Part shown: positions 1-8,218 of the stretch, in pieces
Layout: every line of letters begins with the position of its first letter
How positions within the stretch are numbered: the first letter of the stretch is position 1
DNA from: Candidatus Hodarchaeota archaeon
Lineage (GTDB): Archaea > Asgardarchaeota > Heimdallarchaeia > Hodarchaeales > Hodarchaeaceae
Direction: 5' to 3'
NCBI GenBank assembly: GCA_016839785.1
Contig: JAEOTQ010000061.1
Location: 1-17,751 of the forward strand
DNA length: 17,751 bases
The notes under the pieces: generated by a model
What the model was told of the DNA's origin: nothing
Databases searched by the model: none
Seen by the model: only the letters and a program-made list of their open reading frames with translations
Made by a program: the position numbers and the translations under genes

Positions 1-4
1 AAAA

Positions 5-808
5 ATGTTATTAGAAAATCAAGATCCTTCTGGAACGTGGGATAATGGCCTTTATAACCCAAAATGGACTTCAACAACATATACATTGCTTTTGCTCAGA
101 AGATTGGGAATAAATCCTGGGAACGAACAATGTAAACTTGGAAGTCGAATATTACTGGATAATGGACTCATGAATGATGGGGGTATTAACTACTCAAGAA
201 CTAAAATCACAAACAGCGAAACCTGCATTACAGGACTAGTTTTTGGAATCCTCTCGTATTTTAACATCAAAGATAAAAGAATGGATACAATTTTTGACTA
301 TTTGGTAGAAAATCAAATGGAAGATGGTGGATGGAATTGTCGATATCCATTGAAAGGGGCTACCCACGCCTCGTTTCATACAACACTGATGGTTTTGGAA
401 GCGCTTCATGAATACCAAAAATCCTTCAGTAAGAATAGATCTGAATTACAGGGAATGCAACAACGAGCACATGAATTTTTACTACAACATGAACTATACA
501 AATCTCATCGGACAGGGAAGACTGTAAGTTCGAAAATGACTATGCTATCTTTTCCTCCTAGATGGTATTATACGGTGATAGCAGCATTAGATTATTTTCA
601 ACGAATAAATCATAATCTAGATGAGCGTTTTACTGATGCAATCAGATTGATAACAAAAAGAGAGAAAAACGAGAAATGGCCACTTCAAGCACCCATAAGA
701 GGAAAAATTTGGTTTAATATGGAATCAGGACACCACCCAAGTCGATGGAATACCTTAAGAGCACTTAGGATTTTACAATGGTGGAATCGAATAGAGTCAG
801 ATTTTTGA
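5..808 (+). CDS. Alpha/alpha-barrel protein with prenyltransferase/squalene-cyclase-like repeats (probably 5'-truncated by the window edge)
   Basis: QW-like repeats LLENQDPSGTW and LVENQMEDGGWNC, plus ETCITG, SFHTT, SFPPRWYY and PSRWNTLRALRIL, typical of a conserved uncharacterised family often labelled 'squalene cyclase'. The frame is open to the window start, so the ATG at 5 may be internal. Confidence 0.7.
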   Translation: MLLENQDPSGTWDNGLYNPKWTSTTYTLLLLRRLGINPGNEQCKLGSRILLDNGLMNDGGINYSRTKITNSETCITGLVFGILSYFNIKDKRMDTIFDYLVENQMEDGGWNCRYPLKGATHASFHTTLMVLEALHEYQKSFSKNRSELQGMQQRAHEFLLQHELYKSHRTGKTVSSKMTMLSFPPRWYYTVIAALDYFQRINHNLDERFTDAIRLITKREKNEKWPLQAPIRGKIWFNMESGHHPSRWNTLRALRILQWWNRIESDF

Positions 809-821
809 TTGAGACCCTATT

Positions 822-835
822 CTCTGATATCAGAG
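822..835. promoter_or_regulatory. Perfect 14-bp palindrome CTCTGATATCAGAG, candidate operator
   Basis: Self-complementary sequence read directly, about 120 nt upstream of the regulator ATG. Function is inferred only. Confidence 0.35.
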
Positions 836-954
836 TTAGATTGTATGATTAATTCAGCAATTCTGTTGAGAATCTCGAGTGCAAGATTTACTTCATCTTC
901 GAAAAAAGAATTAAGAGCAACAGAGGAATTCACATTTTAGTAAGGAGTTAGGAA

Positions 955-1872
955 ATGGATTCGATTGATAAAGGGATAATTGTAGACCTTATGATGAATG
1001 CGAGGATAAGTTACCAAGAAATGGCAAATAAATATGGTCTATCAGCGAATGCGATAAAAAATAGAATGAAGAAGATGTTCGCAGTAGGTATGTTCAAAGA
1101 ACACTACATTGCATTCTCAAATGCTATGGTCGATTGTGAACCCTTTGTTTGCTATATTGATACGGATTGTACAGAGGATATAGATACATTCGCAGATAAG
1201 CTAGGGAATGACTTTAGGATAAATACGGTTGGACCTTCCTCAAGAGGTCGATATTTTGTGTTGGGTATTTATCCCAACGGTTCAACTGGACTCTCTGAGT
1301 TGGGTAATTTTTTCCGCAGTTTTCCATTTGTTAAAAATATTGAACTATTTCCTACTATATCTCCAAATGGTACCAAGGTGCAACTATCACAAACGGAATT
1401 AATAATTCTAAAAAATTTGTTTGAAAACCCAAGAATTCCCATTAGTGAAATTGTAAGACGATCTGGTATTGCTCCAGGTATGATTACAGATATTCTCAAT
1501 AATTTAATTAATACTGGTGTAATAGAGACAGGTACTCGTATTTTACCAAATGCTGGAGATCTAATTTCATTGATATTTCGAATTTATTTTGATGGAAAAT
1601 CTACCTCAGCTAAAGAACTCTTAAACTGGATGAAGAATGAATTTCCTGATGATTTTGCTATGCCTGGTAATATCTCAGCTATTCAGTCGAGCTTTTCTGC
1701 AATATTTTCCGTCGTCAAATTGAAGGAGATACATAATATTACCCAAAGATTGCGCCAACATCCACATATTATTAGTACTACGACTTTTATTTGGGAACCA
1801 ATTCGACTGTATTCAGATCTCAGAACAATTCGCTTGAAAGAAATGATAACTGAGACTGGTTCGAAAAACTGA
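955..1872 (+). CDS. Lrp/AsnC-family transcriptional regulator with duplicated wHTH + RAM-like units
   Basis: N-terminal MDSIDKGIIVDLMMNARISYQEMANKYGLSANAIKNRM and a second HTH LSQTELIILKNLFENPRIPISEIVRRSGIA at about aa 144. AGGAG lies upstream of the ATG. Confidence 0.88.
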   Translation: MDSIDKGIIVDLMMNARISYQEMANKYGLSANAIKNRMKKMFAVGMFKEHYIAFSNAMVDCEPFVCYIDTDCTEDIDTFADKLGNDFRINTVGPSSRGRYFVLGIYPNGSTGLSELGNFFRSFPFVKNIELFPTISPNGTKVQLSQTELIILKNLFENPRIPISEIVRRSGIAPGMITDILNNLINTGVIETGTRILPNAGDLISLIFRIYFDGKSTSAKELLNWMKNEFPDDFAMPGNISAIQSSFSAIFSVVKLKEIHNITQRLRQHPHIISTTTFIWEPIRLYSDLRTIRLKEMITETGSKN

Positions 1873-1894
1873 ATGATTTCATTCAGCTTTTTTT
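1869..1894 (+). terminator. Hairpin plus T7 tract, putative terminator
   Basis: CTGAATG-ATTT-CATTCAG (1869-1886) overlaps the stop codon and is followed by TTTTTTT (1888-1894). Confidence 0.55.
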
Positions 1895-2259
1895 ACGGTA
1901 AGACTTGATTGGGGTCAGGATATTTTATTGGAACCAAATCTCATTCTAAGGAATAATTTTACTGAAATTAGTCATCTCACCCGTTTTTGAAAATTTATGA
2001 GAATAGAAAAATCATTTTTTTCTCAATCATCTCGAATTGTCTCCCTCGTGGTTTAAGTGATAAAACGTCCCCTGCCATTGTTAATTCCGCAATAATCTAT
2101 GATTCCGAAGTTATTTTAACTCACTGAATCGGTACATATTCGATCAAAAGAACGGTTAAGAATTCAGTAAACGATGAAGATATTTCAGGAAGGATTGAAA
2201 TTCAGAATTCTCTAAATTTAACTAGACCGTATCAACAACTAATTCACTATCTTAGTGGT

Positions 2260-2616
2260 TTGGATAGTACATCAAACCAGATTTCTTCAAATAAATCTAT
2301 CATCATTTTGAATAAAAAATGTGTGCGAATCTATTTGGTCGCAGAAGCTGAATCTAAAAGTATCTCTCTCCAAGTGGAGGTATTTCCCCTCCTTAATTCA
2401 CATTCGTACCAGAATTCCACAATGTCACCAGATATTCATACAACTCTTGAGTTATATATCTCTAATTTACAACATCTCGTGAATTTGTTTAATTCAGGGT
2501 TTGATTTGTGCTTTATTGAAAAAGAGGGGATTTGGTTTGTGAAGAAAACACTGGATAGAGAACCTGATGAAGATTTCTGTAACTTCTTATTACCTCCTGA
2601 AGAAAGTTCCAGTTAG
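2260..2616 (+). CDS. Hypothetical soluble alpha/beta protein (start uncertain)
   Basis: 118-aa ORF with protein-like strand/helix pattern, 15 nt upstream of the next gene. The frame is open upstream to 2128 without ATG/GTG/TTG. Confidence 0.65.
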   Translation: MDSTSNQISSNKSIIILNKKCVRIYLVAEAESKSISLQVEVFPLLNSHSYQNSTMSPDIHTTLELYISNLQHLVNLFNSGFDLCFIEKEGIWFVKKTLDREPDEDFCNFLLPPEESSS

Positions 2617-2631
2617 CTAGAGAGGATAAAA

Positions 2632-4041
2632 ATGAAAATTGTGGTATTAAACGGAAGTCCCAAAGGAAAAATGAGTTTTACTATACAATATGTAGAATAT
2701 GTTAAGCAGTTTCATCCTGAGCATGATTGGGTAATACTAGATGTTGCCAAAAAAATTAAGAAGCTTGAAAGGAAAGATGCAGAGTTCCAAGCTGTAATGG
2801 AGGAAATTAAATCTGCAGATGGCGTATTATGGAGTTTTGGGTTATATATATTATGTGTCCCCTCTCAGTACATGAGATTCATTGAATTAATCTCTCTTAA
2901 AAATAAGAAAGATGTCTTTGATGGTAAGTACACAGGGATAATTTCAAGTTCAATACATTATTATGATCATACAGCTCACCAGTACCTCCGAGCCGAGTGT
3001 GAGGATCTAGGGATGCAATTTATTGATGGATTGTCGGTCTATCTAAATGATTATCGAATAAAGGGAATAAGAGAGCTTCTTCGGATATTTATGGAGAATT
3101 TTCTCCTATCAATAAAAAACAAAGAAGCCACCACTAGGCTATATTCACCACTTCATTATTTTGATTTTGATTATCAACCCTCTTCACCAGATCAGCAGAT
3201 TGAGAAAACGGATAAGAAAATTATCATACTTACTGATGGAAATAACCCAGGTAATAATCTTAGCAAGATGATTAATCGATTCAAGCAATCTTATTCAAAT
3301 GATATAGAGGTTATAGACTTAAATGATATAGAAATAAAGGGAGGATGTTTAGGATGTATGCGATGTGGGTATGACTATAATTGTTTCTATGATGATGAGT
3401 TTAAAGATGTCTATAACAATAGGATACGAACAGCAGATATAATTCTCTTCGCAGGTACGATCAAAGGACGATATTTATCAGCGAAGTGGAAACAATTTTA
3501 TGATCGGGCATTTTTCTGGAATCATACTCCATCACTGGTAGGAAAGCAAATTGGATACTTAATTTCAGGACCAATTTCACAAAATCATAATTTAATTGAA
3601 ATTTTGGAAGCATATGCTACCACTCGTCAAGACGCAAATTTCGTAGGGATACTCACAGATGAAATCGCTGATTCAATATCTCTTGACAAACAAATACAAA
3701 GTTTCGCGAGGCAACTATTGTACTTTTCAGAACGAGATTATATACGTCCTCAGAATTTTCTTGGAGTAGGAGGACATAAAGTTTTCAGGGATGAAATATG
3801 GGGGCCAATTCGGATGATTTGGCAAGCGGATCATAGATATTTCAGAAAACATGGAAAGTACGACTTTCCTCAAAAAAGATATTTCATCAGATTTGGAAAT
3901 TTCTTCATGCTTCTCTTGTGCAAGATTCCTAAGTTTAGAAGAAAATTCTATAACAATTTGAAGTCTATGCCCACAAATAGGATGAGAAGTACTCTTGATA
4001 ATGCTGCTAAAAAAGAACTTAAAGTAGTGAAAGCATCTTAA
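2632..4041 (+). CDS. NAD(P)H-dependent FMN oxidoreductase / iron-sulfur flavoprotein with two flavodoxin-like domains
   Basis: MKIVVLNGSPKG FMN-binding start. The second domain carries the Isf-type CxxCxxCx5C motif (GCLGCMRCGYDYNC) followed by ADIILFA...KQFYDR. GAGG RBS upstream. Confidence 0.88.
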   Translation: MKIVVLNGSPKGKMSFTIQYVEYVKQFHPEHDWVILDVAKKIKKLERKDAEFQAVMEEIKSADGVLWSFGLYILCVPSQYMRFIELISLKNKKDVFDGKYTGIISSSIHYYDHTAHQYLRAECEDLGMQFIDGLSVYLNDYRIKGIRELLRIFMENFLLSIKNKEATTRLYSPLHYFDFDYQPSSPDQQIEKTDKKIIILTDGNNPGNNLSKMINRFKQSYSNDIEVIDLNDIEIKGGCLGCMRCGYDYNCFYDDEFKDVYNNRIRTADIILFAGTIKGRYLSAKWKQFYDRAFFWNHTPSLVGKQIGYLISGPISQNHNLIEILEAYATTRQDANFVGILTDEIADSISLDKQIQSFARQLLYFSERDYIRPQNFLGVGGHKVFRDEIWGPIRMIWQADHRYFRKHGKYDFPQKRYFIRFGNFFMLLLCKIPKFRRKFYNNLKSMPTNRMRSTLDNAAKKELKVVKAS

Positions 4042-4071
4042 TATTGATATTTTACATCAAAGATATCATGG

Positions 4072-4950
4072 TTGAAATGTAATAGAGCGATGAAAGATAT
4101 GATACGACAAGAACCTGTACCAGAATTAGATCCCTCATTTAATGTCATAGCTCCTATATTAATTGTATCAATATTTCTCATCGCATTAATCATGATAAGA
4201 AGGGGTAATCTGTCGAAAAACAAAGCAAATTTACTATCCATTATCTCATTTCTGGGTGTTGGACTAATATTGGGAGGAAGACCCAATCCTGTTAACGCGT
4301 TCAATCAATTCTTTGTTAATCTGATTCCAACAACACCATTGTCTCTTCGATTATTTCTTTCAGCTTTGGGTGTATTTTCTCTGATGCTTGTTTCAGTAAT
4401 TTTCTTTAGTAGGATATTTTGTGGTTATGTGTGCCCTCTTGGATCTATGCAAGAATTAACATCGAAAATGAAATTTAAATCAAATTTAAAGGAACAAAAA
4501 AGAGTAAAGTGTAGCTTCGATCCTCCAGAGGAAATTTTAAGAATCATCCGTTGGATTTATCTCGGTATTCTTGGAGTAACAGCGATTGTGTGGGGATTCT
4601 CCGTTTCCCAGCATTTAGATCCATTCAATGGATTTCAATACATGGAGGAACTGGCTTTATTTACTGTAATTTTCTTACTAGTGATTTTCTTAATGAGTTT
4701 CTTCATATATCGGCCTTGGTGTCGGATATTCTGCCCATTCGGAGCTATTTCAGGATTAGTTTCCTTTAGTCGTTTGAAATACGTTCGTACAGATGAATGT
4801 ACGGAGTGTGGTCTATGTGAGAAGATCTGTCCTAGTCATGCAGCAGATCAGGATGACCAAAAAACAGAATGTTATTATTGTAACCGTTGTGTTGAAATTT
4901 GTCCTCATAATGCAATTGTTTATTCAAAAAAAACCTCTACAATGACGTAA
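4072..4950 (+). CDS. Membrane 4Fe-4S binding protein (NapH/MauN/YccM-like polyferredoxin)
   Basis: About 5 TM segments, two CxxxCP motifs (RIFCGYVCPLG, RPWCRIFCPFG) and two ferredoxin motifs (CTECGLCEKICP, CYYCNRCVEICP). The real start may be ATG 4090 or 4099. Confidence 0.9.
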   Translation: MKCNRAMKDMIRQEPVPELDPSFNVIAPILIVSIFLIALIMIRRGNLSKNKANLLSIISFLGVGLILGGRPNPVNAFNQFFVNLIPTTPLSLRLFLSALGVFSLMLVSVIFFSRIFCGYVCPLGSMQELTSKMKFKSNLKEQKRVKCSFDPPEEILRIIRWIYLGILGVTAIVWGFSVSQHLDPFNGFQYMEELALFTVIFLLVIFLMSFFIYRPWCRIFCPFGAISGLVSFSRLKYVRTDECTECGLCEKICPSHAADQDDQKTECYYCNRCVEICPHNAIVYSKKTSTMT

Positions 4951-4976
4951 AGATATAGATTGAGAATGAAGATGAT

Positions 4977-5423
4977 GTGAATAAAATGAGTTACTTTGGA
5001 GCAGCAATGGGAAGTGCGATTGGGATGATGATAGGGTTAGTCGTATACTCAAATACGTGGAGATTTAACTCCTATTTACCGAAAGAATATGATTTTACTC
5101 ATGAATGGGGTAAAAAGTTTATTAACACTGACAAAAAGCCCTATACATATACTATGAGATTATTAGTCGGAATAATCTTACATCCGATCATATTTGTATT
5201 TGTTTGGAGTCAAGAGGGCATATTAAAAATAAATTTGTTAAACAACGATGTCTTAAGTGCTGTTACTCTCTTATTAATAGAAGCAGTTCTGTTTGGTATT
5301 GCCATCTGGTTCGATATTGTAAAAATCAAACCCGAATCTCTTAAAACCAGAATAATTACACTGCAAATAGGAGTCCATTTGGTAATTGGTTTGTTTATGG
5401 GGTCTCTGTATACTTTGCTCTAA
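4977..5423 (+). CDS. Hypothetical 4-TM membrane protein
   Basis: Four hydrophobic segments, two with intramembrane His (GIILHP, IGVHLVIG). Alternative start ATG 4986. Confidence 0.75.
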   Translation: MNKMSYFGAAMGSAIGMMIGLVVYSNTWRFNSYLPKEYDFTHEWGKKFINTDKKPYTYTMRLLVGIILHPIIFVFVWSQEGILKINLLNNDVLSAVTLLLIEAVLFGIAIWFDIVKIKPESLKTRIITLQIGVHLVIGLFMGSLYTLL

Positions 5424-5481
5424 AGGAAAATACTAACTAAAGACCTTTAAAACAGCGTAATTCAATAGAGGTGTAAAGAAA

Positions 5482-5880
5482 ATGGATTTCATTCAAATAG
5501 GAATTGGTGCAATCATAATTGCACATGGACTAGTTCACATAATGTTTGAATTTTATATTCAAGATACCGAGAATAATAAGAATGTAGGATGGTCAGGGGA
5601 ATCATGGCTCCTTTCTAAATTTCTTGATGATGAATTATTGAAATTAGTTGGTAGAATATTTTGGGGATTGGTGATTTTGGGTTTCGTTGTAGCTGGACTT
5701 GGATACTTTGACCTTCCAATCTTGACCGATTGGTGGAATTTAGTGATTATTTTCTCATCAGTTCTTTCACTTGTCTCATTCATGCTATTCTGGAACGGAT
5801 TAGGGCCGAGTCCATTGTATTACATTGTCGGGATAGTTCTTGATGTTGCTTTCTTGATCCTGCCTTTTATTCAGCCCTAA
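5482..5880 (+). CDS. Hypothetical 4-TM membrane protein (HGLVH motif)
   Basis: GAGGTG RBS at 5468-5473, four hydrophobic helices, AHGLVH in TM1 followed by SWLLS. Confidence 0.8.
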   Translation: MDFIQIGIGAIIIAHGLVHIMFEFYIQDTENNKNVGWSGESWLLSKFLDDELLKLVGRIFWGLVILGFVVAGLGYFDLPILTDWWNLVIIFSSVLSLVSFMLFWNGLGPSPLYYIVGIVLDVAFLILPFIQP

Positions 5881-6004
5881 ACTTATAGAAATATAAAAAA
5901 TAATTTCACCTTAGTTTGGTTTGGATTTGCAGTAAGTGTACCTGTGGTTATTAGAACTGTCATTGTACGTGCACTGAAAGAACATTGGTAATATGAATTT
6001 GTTC

Positions 6005-7051
6005 TCACGATTTGACATTCTTAATCATACAGGAGACAACATTAGGACTTTTAGAACAACGGTTACATGAAATACAATCGACACTCTTTTTCCCCTCTTT
6101 GAACTTTTTAATCAGGTCGGGCTCCCGAATGAAGGGGCGACACATAGAAATAAAATCCACAAACTCCCTGTGTAATTTTTCCATCATTTTAAATGTGCGA
6201 AGTCCTCCAACGAGAATAATAGGAAGACTCTCAATCCTGGTATGAATTTTTCTTGCAGTAGAGGAAAAATAAGCTTCATTAGATTTTTTGATGGCCCGAG
6301 CAGGATTCATTCCACTAATTTCCGCTGCATTCAGACCGTCATCCGTTAATTTCGTTAGGACTTCCGAAGATTCCGCGACTGAAAAACCTTCACTTGGATC
6401 ATCAGACCCATTTATTTTCAGGATTATCGGAAAATTGGATCCTACCACAGATCTCACTTCTGAATAGATGGTGAAAAGTAATTGAGAACGCTTCTCCAAA
6501 GATCCTCCCCAAGCATCTGTTCTTTGATTTGTTCTTTTTGATAAGAATTGGCTAAGAAGATATCCATGTGCCGCATGGAGCTGAATAGCATCATAACCAG
6601 CCTTTTTAGCACGGATTGCGCTATCTCTAAAACCGATAATTACATTCTCAATATCGTCATGATCCATTGGTACAACCTGCATATCATCACGAATGGATGG
6701 AGCCTTAGCACTAATAGAATGGGCACCACTATGGCTTAATTGAGCAGCTAGCTTACTATTTGTGCCAATATCATGAACTATCTTGGTAAGTTCTTTATGG
6801 CCAGATAGATGATAGTCCTGAGAGATACCAGCCATTTCATGACTCGCCTTTCCCTCATCCAAGACATAAAGATCCCCTCCAATAATTAACCCTACTTCTC
6901 CCTTTGCTAAATTTGAGAACAAAGGCAAAAATAGTTTAGTAATCGTTCCATCTGTATTAGCTGCAAATTCACCAGTTGCAGATCGTACAAACCGATTAGG
7001 AATCTCTAAAGAACCAATAAATCCAGGATCAAAGAGTGACATAAGTAACAC
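6005..7051 (-). CDS. NADH:flavin oxidoreductase, old yellow enzyme (OYE)-like family
   Basis: PNRFVRSAT, AGYDAIQLHAAHGYLLSQFLS...NQRTDAWGGSLEKR, RPFIREPDL and C-terminal CISCNRC. ATG 7042 is an alternative start. Confidence 0.93.
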   Translation of the reverse strand: MLLMSLFDPGFIGSLEIPNRFVRSATGEFAANTDGTITKLFLPLFSNLAKGEVGLIIGGDLYVLDEGKASHEMAGISQDYHLSGHKELTKIVHDIGTNSKLAAQLSHSGAHSISAKAPSIRDDMQVVPMDHDDIENVIIGFRDSAIRAKKAGYDAIQLHAAHGYLLSQFLSKRTNQRTDAWGGSLEKRSQLLFTIYSEVRSVVGSNFPIILKINGSDDPSEGFSVAESSEVLTKLTDDGLNAAEISGMNPARAIKKSNEAYFSSTARKIHTRIESLPIILVGGLRTFKMMEKLHREFVDFISMCRPFIREPDLIKKFKEGKKSVDCISCNRCSKSPNVVSCMIKNVKS

Positions 7052-7053
7052 GA

Positions 7054-8082
7054 CTATTTGAATGCCTGGATAATAACTTCACCTTTATCCCATATCTCAT
7101 GCGTAACTTCATGAAATTCCGCCTCCACGAGAGATAATTTCACAGTTTCTATTGTTGATCCCCCTTTTCGCTTTCCTGCAATTTCGAGAGAATGCAAAAA
7201 CCGATTCATGGTTTTGTATAGGGAGACTTGGCTTTCTGGATGAGGCAGCCATGCACTATCGTCATCAATGTTGGTAATTATGACTAATCTGCCATTAGCG
7301 GATAAACTTGTTCGTAATTTCGAGAAAAAATCTACGGTAAATATACCTGCATCGCATTGTATAATTAGATCAAATCCTTTCGGGAGACCCTCCCTTAAAA
7401 AATCAAGTGTTAAATAACTGATTCTATCACTCATCGAGCTTTTCTCTGCAATTTCTCTACCATAGATACAAACATTTTCGATATCTATAACAGTTGCTGA
7501 AAGATGAGAATGATGTTTTAATAATTCTAAAGACATAACACCAGAACCTCCACCTATATCCATTATAGAATTTACCCCTGACATTTCAAAATTTTGTGCA
7601 AACTTTTTAGCAAACGATAAGTGATACTCATACAATCCATAGGTGAATTTCTTAGCGTATGCACGACTCTGTTTCATCTGACTAAACCAGTCTGGTGGAA
7701 CATTATTCGGTTTTTCCCACAAAGAATTAGGGTAAGAAATATTTGTGGTTAGATTTGTTAAGAGAGGATAGTGATCTTGTGCTTGCTTGGCAAGAAATGC
7801 CCAAGATTCGGCACTATAAGCGTTTAGAATCGTATGTTGAGCTAGAGATGATACAGAATACTTATCCTCATGTTTATCTAATAGTCCAAGTTTAAATAAT
7901 AAGTCGAGTAAAGCTTGGCATCGGTGACCAGGTATATTATTAATTTGTGCAATTTCAGTGGCATTACGCGATTGTTCCGACAGCTGCCAAAAAATGCCTA
8001 ACTCTAAAGCTGTATTTAGAGCATTCGAAGGCACAAACATCTTAAGAAACTGGTAAATGTCTTGAGTTGTAGTTAATTCCAA
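7054..8082 (-). CDS. SAM-dependent O-methyltransferase (Methyltransf_2 with N-terminal wHTH dimerisation domain)
   Basis: ALNTALELGIFWQLS dimerisation motif and IMDIGGGSG motif I. Start reassigned to TTG at 8082 (GGGGA just upstream), which removes the overlap with the divergent gene. Confidence 0.88.
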   Translation of the reverse strand: MELTTTQDIYQFLKMFVPSNALNTALELGIFWQLSEQSRNATEIAQINNIPGHRCQALLDLLFKLGLLDKHEDKYSVSSLAQHTILNAYSAESWAFLAKQAQDHYPLLTNLTTNISYPNSLWEKPNNVPPDWFSQMKQSRAYAKKFTYGLYEYHLSFAKKFAQNFEMSGVNSIMDIGGGSGVMSLELLKHHSHLSATVIDIENVCIYGREIAEKSSMSDRISYLTLDFLREGLPKGFDLIIQCDAGIFTVDFFSKLRTSLSANGRLVIITNIDDDSAWLPHPESQVSLYKTMNRFLHSLEIAGKRKGGSTIETVKLSLVEAEFHEVTHEIWDKGEVIIQAFK

Positions 8083-8218
8083 TTTTGATCCCCATAGGAA
8101 AGAGTTGAGATATTTAGAGAGACTAATGATTCTTGTATCATATAAAATGATTGATCTAGCCATCTCAAGACGAGAAAGGGTTTTTTTGTTTTCAATGAAA
8201 TACGAATTATTGAGAGAA

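Noticed and set aside
1998-2025. Imperfect AT-rich hairpin TGAGAA...AAAAA-TCA-TTTTT-TTCTCA
   Set aside because: Low complexity and bulged, so expected by chance at this base composition.
2614-2631. TAG read-through (pyrrolysine) fusing ORF 2260-2616 in frame to the flavoprotein at 2632
   Set aside because: In-frame spacing occurs one time in three by chance, and the flavoprotein has its own GAGG RBS and a canonical MKIVVLNGSP N-terminus.
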